59,219 nucleotides of DNA from a virus (lineage: Duplodnaviria; Caudoviricetes), in IMG/VR virus record IMGVR_UViG_3300037465_000542, positions 1-59,219 of that record; one strand, 5' to 3'. Position numbers and translations under genes: made by a program. Position 1 is the first letter of the stretch. Each line of letters opens with the position of its first letter. Positions 27,562-37,174 of this stretch are shown here, one piece after another. Below the pieces are notes generated by a model, which saw only the letters and a program-made list of their open reading frames with translations, did not search any database and was not told the DNA's origin.

Positions 27562-29451
27562 ATGACCACCGCCCCTGGCTTCTACTCGGACTTTGACCTC
27601 AATCAACTTGCTGAGGCCGGGGTCCCTGCGGGGCTGGCCAGGGCGATGGAGCTCTTCTTGAGGGGCGCGAAGAGCGCGGATCTTGCCGCACCGTCATTTC
27701 GAATCATCGTGGAGGGGAACCAATTACCTATCGAGATTTCGTCGCTTGTGGAATCTGTTGTGTTCGAGCACATAGTCAGCGGCGCTGGAAAGATCGAGAT
27801 CAAGATCTTAAATCCGCACCATACCGTCACAGATCCAGTTTCTGCGGACAAATGGGAGTTCGCTGAGGTCGCCGAAGCCCTCAAGACGCCAGGCCGAGAC
27901 ATGGCCTCGACGACGATGTTTCAGCCCGGGAGCTCCATCGACCTCGAGGTTGTCTACGGCTCCGCCGACCCGATCCCAATGGGGCGATTCATTCTCATGC
28001 GTCACGTCCCTGCGTTCTCTGGTCCTGGTGGCGAGGTTCCGGTGCTGTCTGTTGTGGGGTACACCTTCGAACAATTGATGGGAGGGCTTCAGGGGCAGGC
28101 AGCACAACTCGTCAAGGGGAACCAAAACTGGAGAATCGAGGAGGCAGCGCCCGACAGAGCAAATAAACCGCAGAAATTGCTCACTGGCAAGAAGCGCTCC
28201 ACGCTCTCCAAAAACAAACAGGGTAGGGTATGGTATGGAGCAAGAGCGTCCGAGACGAAAATAGCCGCTGAGATTTGCAAGGAGTATGGGATCTCAATTG
28301 ATATTGGAGAGAAGAAAGGGACATCTGCGACAGAAAGTGCGGGCGGTTTATTCGAAGATGTTGGAGTCGGAGAGATCGTCCCCATAAAAGGAAGGGGCAT
28401 TCACCAGCCAAAGGGACAATCCGACTACAAAGTTTTATCCCATCTGGCAATGGCCACTGCTCGTAAGATTTGGTGTGAGTACGACTACTGGGGAGACAAG
28501 ACGAGCGACGGCCAGCCCGGGTGGGTGCTGAATTTCCGCAGGACGCGGCAGCATGATGCCATTTCACGCCCACTGTTCACCTTCGACTACAGCTCAGACG
28601 GCGGCGGCACTCTTCTGGAGTTCTTCCCTGAATTTGGGATTGAGGAGCAGGCCACGGACTTCTCCGTTCAGGTCACCGATCGCAAGACAGGTAGGCAGTT
28701 TGGCCTTTTTGAGGGGTGGCGCGATCGGGTGGGGAGCATTCACGTCAAGTTGAAAGCTGGGTTGGCAGGAGGAGAGACGACTTACACCACACCCCCTCCG
28801 CCAGCTCTTCGGAAAAGAAAAACCCCGAAACAAAGAACAGGAAGGGCGGAGAAGGCGGTGCTCGACGCGACAAACAGAGAAACCCTGCCAGGCGGAGCAG
28901 CGGGAGAAGTGAAGAAAAGAGACCCGTCGCTTTCTGACGCGGATCGTCATCGCTTTAGACTTGCCTCTCACACAAGAAGGGCGATTCGAGAGTCGTGGAT
29001 GGCGGCTAACTTTGGCAGGTTCTCTCCTGAGGTCTTCACGGTCAAGTGTGGCAAGTTTAGCTTCAGTTTTAGAAAGAGAGACGGGTACAGAAATGAAATA
29101 GAACTGGCGAGGGACATCCAAAGATTATTGCTCAATATGAGAGAAAGGTTCGCGACTTTCCAGGCCAAAGTGATTGGCAACCCATTCCTTCGTGGAGATC
29201 AGATCGTCCAGTTTGATGGACTGGGCGTGTGGTCTGGAATGTACTTCGTGCGACTTGCCAGGCACCAAATGGAGAAGGGCCAAGTGTACGTGGTTCACCT
29301 GGAGGGCTCGAGAGTCTTCCCAGAGATCGACCTCGTGCCGCTCAACGAGGACAAGATCACAACCGTCAAGGGCAAAATCTTTGGTCGGGATCTCGCAAAC
29401 GCTGGGATATTGAGGCGGCGTCGGCTACTAGAAAGGCACACCCAGAGGTGA
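27562..29451 (+). CDS. Baseplate hub (P2 gpD / Mu gp44-like)
   Basis: APSFRIIVEG, KIAAEICKEYG, QPKGQSDYKVLSHLA, IGNPFLRGDQIVQFDGLGVWSGMYFVRLARH. Confidence 0.88.
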   Translation: MTTAPGFYSDFDLNQLAEAGVPAGLARAMELFLRGAKSADLAAPSFRIIVEGNQLPIEISSLVESVVFEHIVSGAGKIEIKILNPHHTVTDPVSADKWEFAEVAEALKTPGRDMASTTMFQPGSSIDLEVVYGSADPIPMGRFILMRHVPAFSGPGGEVPVLSVVGYTFEQLMGGLQGQAAQLVKGNQNWRIEEAAPDRANKPQKLLTGKKRSTLSKNKQGRVWYGARASETKIAAEICKEYGISIDIGEKKGTSATESAGGLFEDVGVGEIVPIKGRGIHQPKGQSDYKVLSHLAMATARKIWCEYDYWGDKTSDGQPGWVLNFRRTRQHDAISRPLFTFDYSSDGGGTLLEFFPEFGIEEQATDFSVQVTDRKTGRQFGLFEGWRDRVGSIHVKLKAGLAGGETTYTTPPPPALRKRKTPKQRTGRAEKAVLDATNRETLPGGAAGEVKKRDPSLSDADRHRFRLASHTRRAIRESWMAANFGRFSPEVFTVKCGKFSFSFRKRDGYRNEIELARDIQRLLLNMRERFATFQAKVIGNPFLRGDQIVQFDGLGVWSGMYFVRLARHQMEKGQVYVVHLEGSRVFPEIDLVPLNEDKITTVKGKIFGRDLANAGILRRRRLLERHTQR

Positions 29452-29457
29452 CAAGCC

Positions 29458-30381
29458 TTGGCGATCTTGAGCGGATACACGACTGGGGAAGTCCTAGACA
29501 ACAAAGATCCATCCTTCTCCGGGTTGTTGTCGGTGCGACTCGAAGGGATGTACGCCTACGACGTTGCCATCGAAGGCGTGTACCCATGTGACTTTCAGCG
29601 CGGTCTTCTAAACCTCCCCGAGGTGGGAGATAGGGTCGAGATCGTCTACGACGAGACAGACACCAAAGCAGACCCGGCTGACGACATGCTCTCCACCTTT
29701 GCGCCGGCCTTTCGTTGGAGGCATGTTGCCCCAACGGAGTCGGATGGACACGCTCCGCTTCCGGAGCCCTTCAGGGAGAACTACCCCCACGTCCGCGGGA
29801 TGATCACGAGGCGCGGTCACTTCATTTTGTTCTGCGATCTGAATGCTGAGAGTGAGCAGTACGCTGCATACGGGCTCGCTAAGGGGCATCGGGTCATTCA
29901 TCATCCGGATGGGTCCGTCACGATCCATGCTACCGACGGCAGCTTCGTGTCGGTCGAGTCTGATGGGAAGGTCCTTGCAGTCGCGAACGAAGGGGCCATC
30001 ATGGTGCTTGATGGTGCATCTGCAACGATTATGAGCAAAGGTGGCGCGTACGTGTCGGTTCAAGATGACATCGTCGAGGTCGCCAGCGCCTCAACGATCA
30101 ACTTCACCGCGCCGCAGATCGTTTTGAATACCCTGTCTACAAATGGCGTCCTCTTGGGGCAAGGAGCATCAGTTGGTGTTTCAAAGGCCGATGGGGTACT
30201 GAACTATTTAAACGTATTATTGAATTGGATCGTAAGTATGAAGGCTGCTTATGACGCGCACACTCACCCGGCCCCTGGAGGAGCAACCTCGCCACCAACA
30301 AGCCCGGCCCCTACGGCTCCTGATGCCCCAGACTCCACGCCGGGCGGCGCGATCAAGTCCAACAAGGCGTTGGTGCTCTGA
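29458..30381 (+). CDS. Baseplate central spike (gpV/gp5 OB-fold)
   Basis: GEVLDNKDP..SVRL, LPEVGDRVEI, beta-helix repeats, C-terminal metal-binding HTH motif (YDAHTHP). Confidence 0.9.
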   Translation: MAILSGYTTGEVLDNKDPSFSGLLSVRLEGMYAYDVAIEGVYPCDFQRGLLNLPEVGDRVEIVYDETDTKADPADDMLSTFAPAFRWRHVAPTESDGHAPLPEPFRENYPHVRGMITRRGHFILFCDLNAESEQYAAYGLAKGHRVIHHPDGSVTIHATDGSFVSVESDGKVLAVANEGAIMVLDGASATIMSKGGAYVSVQDDIVEVASASTINFTAPQIVLNTLSTNGVLLGQGASVGVSKADGVLNYLNVLLNWIVSMKAAYDAHTHPAPGGATSPPTSPAPTAPDAPDSTPGGAIKSNKALVL

Positions 30382-32672
30382 TGGCGGTCCCGACCATCCC
30401 CGCTCTTCCCGCATCGACGCTCCCCGGGCTTCCAAAACTTCCAGTGCCTGCGATCCCCACCCCCATCATCCCGAACCTGACCGGCACGGCGCCGGCCCCG
30501 GGGACCCCGTCGAACTATCATCTCGATTCAGATCAATTCTTCACTTGGGGTACGGCGAATCAGTATCGCACTGGCCACGTTAGCGGCGGCGACTCATGGG
30601 AGCTGCAACGAGATGTCGGAGGCGGAAGTTACACTGCCAGGATCCGCGCTGTTGAGGGAGCTACGCCCACCGTGTCATTCCCTGGCAGCGATGTCCAAGT
30701 GGCGACCGGCAAGCATCTTCTGGCCGAGGGGGCCGGGTCAAACGTGGGGTCTGCCGCCCAGCCATTTTCTACGATTTATGGCACTAATGTTCAAGCCAGT
30801 TATCTCAAAGCGACCAGTGCCATTCAGCTCTACGGAAGTGACCTAGCATTCCGTACAGTCCTTTCCCTTACGTCAGACAACCTCTTGGTAGCTGCCCCGA
30901 GTGGACCAGGACCCGCCAAAGACACTATCGTTGAGGGCTACCAGGTGTCTTTCAGGGCGCCGTCTGGACCTACTACGAGAGCGAAATTCGATGCCAGCGG
31001 GCACTTCATTCCAGGGACAGATAATACGTACAACCTTGGAGAAGTAGCAACCAGATGGGCGAACGTCTACGCCACATCGTTCACTGGGTCCGGTACGTCT
31101 TTGACGGGTGTAGGCCTACTTGCTGACGACAACGTTTGGACACTAGGACCAAATACGTTCAATACCGGCGGCACCGGTAATGTTGCTATTATCGCAAAGG
31201 GCGCCGCATCGCAAACGGCCAACTTGCAGGAGTGGCAGGATTCTACTGGTGCTGTATTAGCTAGCATAGCGTCATCTGGCACCTTAACTGAATTTAGGAA
31301 TGGGTTGGGGTCTGTATCTACGACCACGGATATCCGCTCTATTGTTGTGGCCAATACAACGGCAGGCACCGCCGGCACACCTTTTCAGGACTCGCCATCC
31401 ATAGAGCTTCATGGGCATTCCTACACTACATTCGGAACCACCGATCGGGACCACAAATGGCGCATATTCGTTAAAGGGTCGAATTCTGGTGCATACGCTG
31501 ACCTTGGGTACTTAACAATTCAGTCGTGGCATCCCACGACATCTGATTGGCGTAACAGACTAGAATTACAGTCCACGGATATTCAGTACGGAACCCCCGG
31601 TCACGCTAGGTTGTGGATGTACTTGCAAGTCAACGGAGAGCTGTACGTAAGGAGTGGGTATGCGCTTCGAATGACAGATACCGGAAACGTAGACCTCGCG
31701 GTGATGATCCGTTCTGCGACGGTCACGAACGCTCTGGATATCCACTCGCTTGCGGCGGCGCCAACGCCGGTTCGCTTCCTTGGCAACCACTCGACAGGGT
31801 TCACGCAAATCATTGCGCGAGACGCGCTGTTTCAGCGAGACGCAATAGGGTCAACCAGTAGTGACGGCTGTGTGCTGGAGAATACTACGGCGGCCACCTC
31901 TGGGAACCAACAATGGTCACCGAGAGTCAGGTGGTCGGGGAGGGGATGGAAAACGAACCCCACGGCCGCGTCCCAAGCTGTCGATTGGATTGCTCAGGCC
32001 GTTCCGATCGAAGGCGCTGCAAACCCGACCTCCGAATGGCGACTGTCATCTAGCGTAAATGGCGGCTCGTACTCATACCGGATGTTTGTTTCGGAAGAGA
32101 CTTCGCCTAGCAACACAACTGACGTGTCTCCGGGATCTATCTCTGCGCGCGCAATCTACGCGAGACGTTGGACTAGCAACTCTGAAGCTGCTAGCGGGTT
32201 TCGGTTCCAAGACAGCGGCTACCCGACAAACTCCGGGATGTTTGATAACGGCTCAATTGTAACGATCAACACTGGCGCGGATGGCGTGATTGGATTTAGT
32301 GTGGATGGTCCATCAGACCCAACTACGGGTTTGGACTTCCATGCAGCTGCTATTGGTTCTTATCCACCGACACAAAACAGCGAAGACTTGCAGACAGATG
32401 GGTGCTTGTACATTAATAATGTAATGCCCCCAAACGACAACCAGGGCTACGTCGGTAACGATACATACCGATGGTCACAAGTCCGAGCTGTGGAAATTGT
32501 GGCAGGCGATCTTTGTTGGGATGATGAGCGATGTCGCATCTGCGGTCTACAATTTGAAGCGGGTGACGACGTGGTCTTTCGGGTAATTGATGTCGTGGAG
32601 GATGCGATGCGTCGCCGCGTGTCGCACTCCGTACCAATTCACTTACAATGCAAGGAGAGGGCGCATGCCTGA
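30381..32672 (+). CDS. Tail fibre / receptor-binding-like protein
   Basis: Gly/Ser/Thr-rich; fibre motifs DNTYNLGEVATRWANVYA and ANLQEWQDSTG; Pro-rich N-terminus; C-terminal CxxC..HxxC. Confidence 0.7.
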   Translation: MAVPTIPALPASTLPGLPKLPVPAIPTPIIPNLTGTAPAPGTPSNYHLDSDQFFTWGTANQYRTGHVSGGDSWELQRDVGGGSYTARIRAVEGATPTVSFPGSDVQVATGKHLLAEGAGSNVGSAAQPFSTIYGTNVQASYLKATSAIQLYGSDLAFRTVLSLTSDNLLVAAPSGPGPAKDTIVEGYQVSFRAPSGPTTRAKFDASGHFIPGTDNTYNLGEVATRWANVYATSFTGSGTSLTGVGLLADDNVWTLGPNTFNTGGTGNVAIIAKGAASQTANLQEWQDSTGAVLASIASSGTLTEFRNGLGSVSTTTDIRSIVVANTTAGTAGTPFQDSPSIELHGHSYTTFGTTDRDHKWRIFVKGSNSGAYADLGYLTIQSWHPTTSDWRNRLELQSTDIQYGTPGHARLWMYLQVNGELYVRSGYALRMTDTGNVDLAVMIRSATVTNALDIHSLAAAPTPVRFLGNHSTGFTQIIARDALFQRDAIGSTSSDGCVLENTTAATSGNQQWSPRVRWSGRGWKTNPTAASQAVDWIAQAVPIEGAANPTSEWRLSSSVNGGSYSYRMFVSEETSPSNTTDVSPGSISARAIYARRWTSNSEAASGFRFQDSGYPTNSGMFDNGSIVTINTGADGVIGFSVDGPSDPTTGLDFHAAAIGSYPPTQNSEDLQTDGCLYINNVMPPNDNQGYVGNDTYRWSQVRAVEIVAGDLCWDDERCRICGLQFEAGDDVVFRVIDVVEDAMRRRVSHSVPIHLQCKERAHA

Positions 32673-32994
32673 AACCTTACCTCCGGTGACCCCAGTGGTG
32701 CCAAACCAAGCGCGCGTAGTCGGATTCTCGTTGGTTGCTATAGCGCCAGGTATTCTTGACAATTTGCCGGCACGGTTACGTCCCGTGAATTACTTGGTCA
32801 TCCACAGGCTGCGTGGGGTTCTCACGGGGGAGGACTTCAAGGCTTCAGAAGCCTTGGACGGGATCAGCTTTTCTGCAGAAGAGACGTTGGAGTTTGTTTC
32901 TATGCACCCGCAACTAATTCGCAATTTGAGAAACGCGCTGGAGTCTTTTGCTGTCGCAAAAGGGAGAATCACCAACGAGGTGACGCCAGAATGA
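32665..32994 (+). CDS. Hypothetical protein (possible fibre chaperone)
   Basis: SD AAGGAG; overlaps the fibre stop codon. Confidence 0.55.
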   Translation: MPETLPPVTPVVPNQARVVGFSLVAIAPGILDNLPARLRPVNYLVIHRLRGVLTGEDFKASEALDGISFSAEETLEFVSMHPQLIRNLRNALESFAVAKGRITNEVTPE

Positions 32995-33566
32995 GCCTAA
33001 TCGGCGGCTTGTCGGCGTTTGCCGACGACTTCTACTTCGTGATCAACAGTGCGCTGAATACCGGATACTGGACGCCCAAGGCGTCGTCTATTAAGGGAGT
33101 GACCGGTAGCTCCGCCATCGTCGGGTCGGGCTCCTTCGCTACGGATTCAACTGGGGATAAGGTTGACCCGATCGGGTCTATAGCTTTTCAGCTCAAGTGC
33201 CCACGGAAGATCGAACTGGCTGGTGACCTCCTGGTGCGGGTGACGTGGGAAATTACCACGCAGTCAGCCGGTACGCCGTTCGGTAAGGTGAAAGTAGCCC
33301 TGCGAAAGAACGGTTCCGCGATCGGTAGCTTAACCCCAGGGGAGGGCGCTGCTGGTTCGTTGGCCGCAACCGTCGGTTCTCAACAGACGGATACAATAGT
33401 CACAAGGGTTCCAAAGACGACGTTCGACTTTGGGGACACACTAGACCTACGGTTCATAGTCAACGTGTCTACAGCTAGCGGATCGGGTGGGTCTACCGCA
33501 GCGATCAAGATTCTGTGCGATCCAACTAGCTCTGGAAAAGAACCACTCGTTCGACTTGTGATGTGA
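32991..33566 (+). CDS. Beta-sandwich virion protein
   Basis: ATGA overlap; strand-rich, Gly/Ser/Thr-rich sequence. Confidence 0.6.
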   Translation: MSLIGGLSAFADDFYFVINSALNTGYWTPKASSIKGVTGSSAIVGSGSFATDSTGDKVDPIGSIAFQLKCPRKIELAGDLLVRVTWEITTQSAGTPFGKVKVALRKNGSAIGSLTPGEGAAGSLAATVGSQQTDTIVTRVPKTTFDFGDTLDLRFIVNVSTASGSGGSTAAIKILCDPTSSGKEPLVRLVM

Positions 33567-33944
33567 TGCAGCCCACGAGACGACGTGAGCCAAAAGAAAA
33601 ACGCCCCTGCCAGCGGAACTTGGGCCCAGGCCTACTAAACCACGGGACTTCAGTTCGACTCCGAACAGGGGCGCTACGCGACACGGCGATGAAGCCTTGC
33701 CACGTCTTCCAAGGCCAACAAGGTTACCATGCCCTTCGCCGGGTGTCAATTCTTCGAAGAAACATGAGGTCCTGACGCGGGCAATGTTCGGCATGATACG
33801 CAAGGGCGACGATCCCGGGAAATGCGCTCGAGATTCAAACCCGATCGCTATCCCGTCGAAGGAAAGATTGTGAACCCAGTGGAACTGGAGTAGACTCGGG
33901 GCTGGCCGGGCATAGAAGCGATCGTGTCGGTTTGAAGGTGGACG

Positions 33945-34496
33945 ATGGGCAGCCTTGAGCGACAGCTTTCTCGAGCAAAGGCCAAACGGAAAAGGAGGAA
34001 TTTTAAGATGACTGGGGTGAAGTACGTAAAGATTCCACAACCTGTTCGTGTAGTGAATCGGGACACCGGAAAGGCGCTGAAGCGAACCTTGGTTGGGTGG
34101 CAGGAAACGGAGGACGAGTCTGAACAGGACGTGTGGAGCCTGCATCGCTTTTTGCTCGAATGCATCGCGACGGATGAGCGCGTGAATGATACCTACGAGC
34201 ATCGCCGCTCGATTCGTCGTCTTGATGAGCTGCTCGAGCATGCGGAGCCTGGGAGCGTCGTCGAGGTTGACGATCGAGACCTGGAGGTGGCGCAGCTCCC
34301 AATCAAAAGTCCTCCTCCCGTGCGGATCTTGCAGGATCGCTCGGGCCAAAGATTTGAGGAGAGGAGGGAGACCGTCGTGATGTACCGCCTTCCAACGGAG
34401 ATTTCTTTGCAGTTCGGGCGCCTTGAGGACGCGCTCATGAACCCGCTTGCGGAGCGCCCTCAGGTGTTGAGGCCGGTGAAGGATGGTGCCGCCTAG
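33945..34496 (+). CDS. Hypothetical protein
   Basis: 183-aa ORF with AAGGTGG SD. Confidence 0.65.
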   Translation: MGSLERQLSRAKAKRKRRNFKMTGVKYVKIPQPVRVVNRDTGKALKRTLVGWQETEDESEQDVWSLHRFLLECIATDERVNDTYEHRRSIRRLDELLEHAEPGSVVEVDDRDLEVAQLPIKSPPPVRILQDRSGQRFEERRETVVMYRLPTEISLQFGRLEDALMNPLAERPQVLRPVKDGAA

Positions 34497-34600
34497 GTCC
34501 CCAGAGATGTGATAGGATCGTGGCGAGGTGACTCGAGGTGGCTCCGTGAGGATAAGCGCAAGCAACTCATGCCCACCTCCTCTGAGAAGACGAGGGCCGT

Positions 34601-34798
34601 GTGGAAACAAAGGACAAGTGGCTCGAGCCCGGACAGCGTAGTGCGGCCTCGCATGAGGCGTTGGTTGCGCATGCGACCGAGGCAGATCGACGACTCAAGG
34701 TGCTAACCCGTGAGGTTCGAGCCCTAGAGGCCAGGCTAGGGCTCGGGATCGTCGTGAACGTCCCCCCGGGACGGGTGGTTGCGCGGGCTAGTATCTAA
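34601..34798 (+). CDS. Small hypothetical coiled-coil protein
   Basis: GTG start with GAGG SD; abuts the next gene. Confidence 0.4.
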   Translation: METKDKWLEPGQRSAASHEALVAHATEADRRLKVLTREVRALEARLGLGIVVNVPPGRVVARASI

Positions 34799-34799
34799 C

Positions 34800-35243
34800 A
34801 TGCGTCCTGATGGCCACATCACGGAGCGGAATCATCTTGACGGGTGGCTTGAGCGCCTTGCTACGAGAGGAATGCGCCCCGTCCCGATACCGCCGAAGGA
34901 CATCGCGACGAAGAGCCCCGCGGCCTCGAACTATGCCGAGGAAGCTCCATGGGTGCATTTCCACTTTTATGAATCTCGCATTCCACCATACCAATTGGTA
35001 GAGGTTTGTTGCCATTGGTGCCAGTGTGCCCTGGCGATATTATTTCTGGTTCCGAACTACCCACCTCCATGGCCGACATTGGTGTTCGTGCGAGAGGCGT
35101 TTGTTCGCTCTCACTTGGGTTGTGGCCCGAAGTGGAGGAAATATGGCATGAAGTGGTTTTCATTTGGGCTTGGTAAGGTGTGTACGCCTAAGCGGTCACG
35201 AGTTTGGAAACTTCGGCTTGAGGATGTGACTGGCGGTCACTAG
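34800..35243 (+). CDS. Hypothetical Cys/His-rich protein
   Basis: CCHWCQC...HLGC; packed in the operon. Confidence 0.5.
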   Translation: MRPDGHITERNHLDGWLERLATRGMRPVPIPPKDIATKSPAASNYAEEAPWVHFHFYESRIPPYQLVEVCCHWCQCALAILFLVPNYPPPWPTLVFVREAFVRSHLGCGPKWRKYGMKWFSFGLGKVCTPKRSRVWKLRLEDVTGGH

Positions 35244-35261
35244 GAGATAGGAGATTAGAGC

Positions 35262-35717
35262 ATGGCAAGCGCATTCTGGTATGGGCAGGCAATCATGTTG
35301 GCTTTCGGCTCTGGAACCGAGAGTAACGCGCCGAATATTGACTACCTGACGGACAATATTCGGTTGATGTTGACTACCTCGAGCTATGTGCCCAACCAAG
35401 ACACCCACGACTTCTACAACGACGTTACGAACGAGGTGTCTGGGACTGGCTACACAGCCAACGGCGAAGCCCTTACCTCGAAGACTCTGGACTACACTTC
35501 AGGCACGAACGTGATCAAGTTCGATGCGGCAGACGTTACTTGGTCGGCCGCCACGTTCACTGCCAGGATCGGGGTGCTGTACAATCGAACCCCCGCAACG
35601 GACGCGACGCGACCTCTCATCAGTTATATCGACTTTGTTTCTGATCAATCTCCAAACGCCAGCAATTTCACAGTTCAGTGGCACGCGAATGGCGTGCTCA
35701 CCATCACCCCGGCGTAA
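35262..35717 (+). CDS. Conserved ~150-aa phage minor structural/fibre subunit
   Basis: IDYLTDNIRLMLTTSSYVP..HDFYNDVTNEVSGTGYTANG..FDAADVTW..PLISYIDF..FTVQW, a family I recognise from many tailed phages. Confidence 0.8.
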   Translation: MASAFWYGQAIMLAFGSGTESNAPNIDYLTDNIRLMLTTSSYVPNQDTHDFYNDVTNEVSGTGYTANGEALTSKTLDYTSGTNVIKFDAADVTWSAATFTARIGVLYNRTPATDATRPLISYIDFVSDQSPNASNFTVQWHANGVLTITPA

Positions 35718-35720
35718 GTC

Positions 35721-36143
35721 ATGGTGACGGTGCAGGCGTTTCTTCTGTGCGATGCGATTCAGCGAGAGCAGAACGGGAAGGTAGTGCTGATTGGGCTTTT
35801 TGAGCGCCTGTCCGCATCGGGGCATGCTAGAGAGCATGGCCCATTTGCGGTATTCGCCGCGGTCAAAGCAGATCCCGGGAAGCATACCTTTGCTTTTCAT
35901 GTTGTGAGCCCGAGCCAGGAAGTTATTGTCTGGGGGTCTGGCGGATTTGAGTGTGGGGCCGGGACCTCACATTTCACTTTCGACGTGCGAAAGATGGCGT
36001 TTCCGGAGGCGGGGCTCTGGACGTTTGAATTTTGGGTGGATGGCGTTAGGGTGGCATGTCATGATTTGGATGTCACTCATGCGCCGTTGTTGTCGTTGGT
36101 GTCTCCCATGTTGGTCGGACCTAATGGTGAGCCATTGATGTGA
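35721..36143 (+). CDS. DUF6941-like protein
   Basis: AFLLCDAI..NGKVVLIGLFERL...FPEAGLWTFEFWVDG. Confidence 0.7.
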   Translation: MVTVQAFLLCDAIQREQNGKVVLIGLFERLSASGHAREHGPFAVFAAVKADPGKHTFAFHVVSPSQEVIVWGSGGFECGAGTSHFTFDVRKMAFPEAGLWTFEFWVDGVRVACHDLDVTHAPLLSLVSPMLVGPNGEPLM

Positions 36144-36159
36144 GGTGGGGTGATCAAGA

Positions 36160-36357
36160 ATGACTATCCAGGAAGAGTGGGATGCGGCCGTAGCGACTTT
36201 GCTCGCCCTTACTGGCCGGATTCGAGGCGCGTCAGGCACTGTGCGTAAGGAGTACCAAGACGTCCCCACATTAGGGAAAGGGGCGGTGGAAATAAAACAC
36301 GAGCCCATCTCTCAAGTTATAAATGTGTCCGTTCCTCTTCCTGTTGAGGAAGGATAA
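36160..36357 (+). CDS. Hypothetical protein
   Basis: Packed ORF with GAGGTG SD. Confidence 0.5.
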   Translation: MTIQEEWDAAVATLLALTGRIRGASGTVRKEYQDVPTLGKGAVEIKHEPISQVINVSVPLPVEEG

Positions 36358-36367
36358 TTCGGTATAG

Positions 36368-36715
36368 ATGGGGACGCTATATTACGATCGAGTACAAGAG
36401 ACCACTACCACTACGGGCACGGGCACGCTCACGCTGGCTGGAGCTGTCAGCGGATACAGGACGTTTGCATCCGCGGTGCCCACAGGGGATCTGGTCCGAT
36501 ATGCGATTGCCGGAGGAAGCGAGTGGGAGGTGGGAGAGGGCTATCTTCTGTCCACGACGACGCTCTCTCGCGTCAATGTGTTTGCTTCGAGCAATTCAAA
36601 TAACCTAGTTGATTTCTCAGCAGGGACAAAGAATGTGTGGATTGATCTGCCTGCCGACGCAATTTCGGACATTGGAATGACCTTCGCCATCCAAAATCTC
36701 TACGTCCCTCAGTGA
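36368..36715 (+). CDS. Stand-alone fibre N-terminal adaptor domain (DRVxETTTTTGTG family)
   Basis: DRVQETTTTTGTGTLTLAGAVSGYRTF..EWEVGEG..LSR..SSNSNNLVDFSAGTKNV, normally the N-terminus of longer phage fibre proteins. Confidence 0.8.
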   Translation: MGTLYYDRVQETTTTTGTGTLTLAGAVSGYRTFASAVPTGDLVRYAIAGGSEWEVGEGYLLSTTTLSRVNVFASSNSNNLVDFSAGTKNVWIDLPADAISDIGMTFAIQNLYVPQ

Positions 36716-36730
36716 GCGAGGTGTCCATAA

Positions 36731-37171
36731 ATGGGAGCTTCACCCCAGTTTACGAAAAACGGCGTGATTGGGTCTGTGTTGGTCACAGCGGCGAATACCT
36801 CGAGCCAGGGCGGCGGGACCATCGGGACGGACATATTCAAGGCATTGACTGCGGCCGCGACTTTTGGGACATTCGTTGAGTATGTGCGATGGATCGCGAC
36901 CGCCACGACGCCGACGACCACGACCGCCACCGTGGGACGCATTTTCGCCTCTTCGGTAACTAGTGGTTCCACAAGCAGCGCAAATACAATATTGATTGCC
37001 GAGGTCGCCCTGCCAGCTACAGCAGCAGACAATGCGTCGACGGCTGTTAATCCCATCGAGGTTGGGCTCAACTTCCGATTGCCGGCCGACTGGACAATTT
37101 TATTGACCAACCATGCGGCCCCCGCCTCGAACACTGCCTGGAGAGGTGTCGCCGTCGGCGGGGACTACTAG
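36731..37171 (+). CDS. Small beta-sandwich adaptor of the kind that precedes Gly-rich fibre genes
   Basis: SPQF..TAANT..ATVGRIF..LIAEVALPA..LP..GGDY pattern. Confidence 0.7.
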   Translation: MGASPQFTKNGVIGSVLVTAANTSSQGGGTIGTDIFKALTAAATFGTFVEYVRWIATATTPTTTTATVGRIFASSVTSGSTSSANTILIAEVALPATAADNASTAVNPIEVGLNFRLPADWTILLTNHAAPASNTAWRGVAVGGDY

Positions 37172-37174
37172 TTT

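Noticed and set aside
33590-33602. Programmed -1 frameshift in the A-rich run
   Set aside because: Not a canonical X XXY YYZ heptamer in frame, and the fused product has no recognisable features.
33447-34610. 387-aa minus-strand ORF
   Set aside because: Antisense shadow of + strand genes; no recognisable motifs; expected at high GC.
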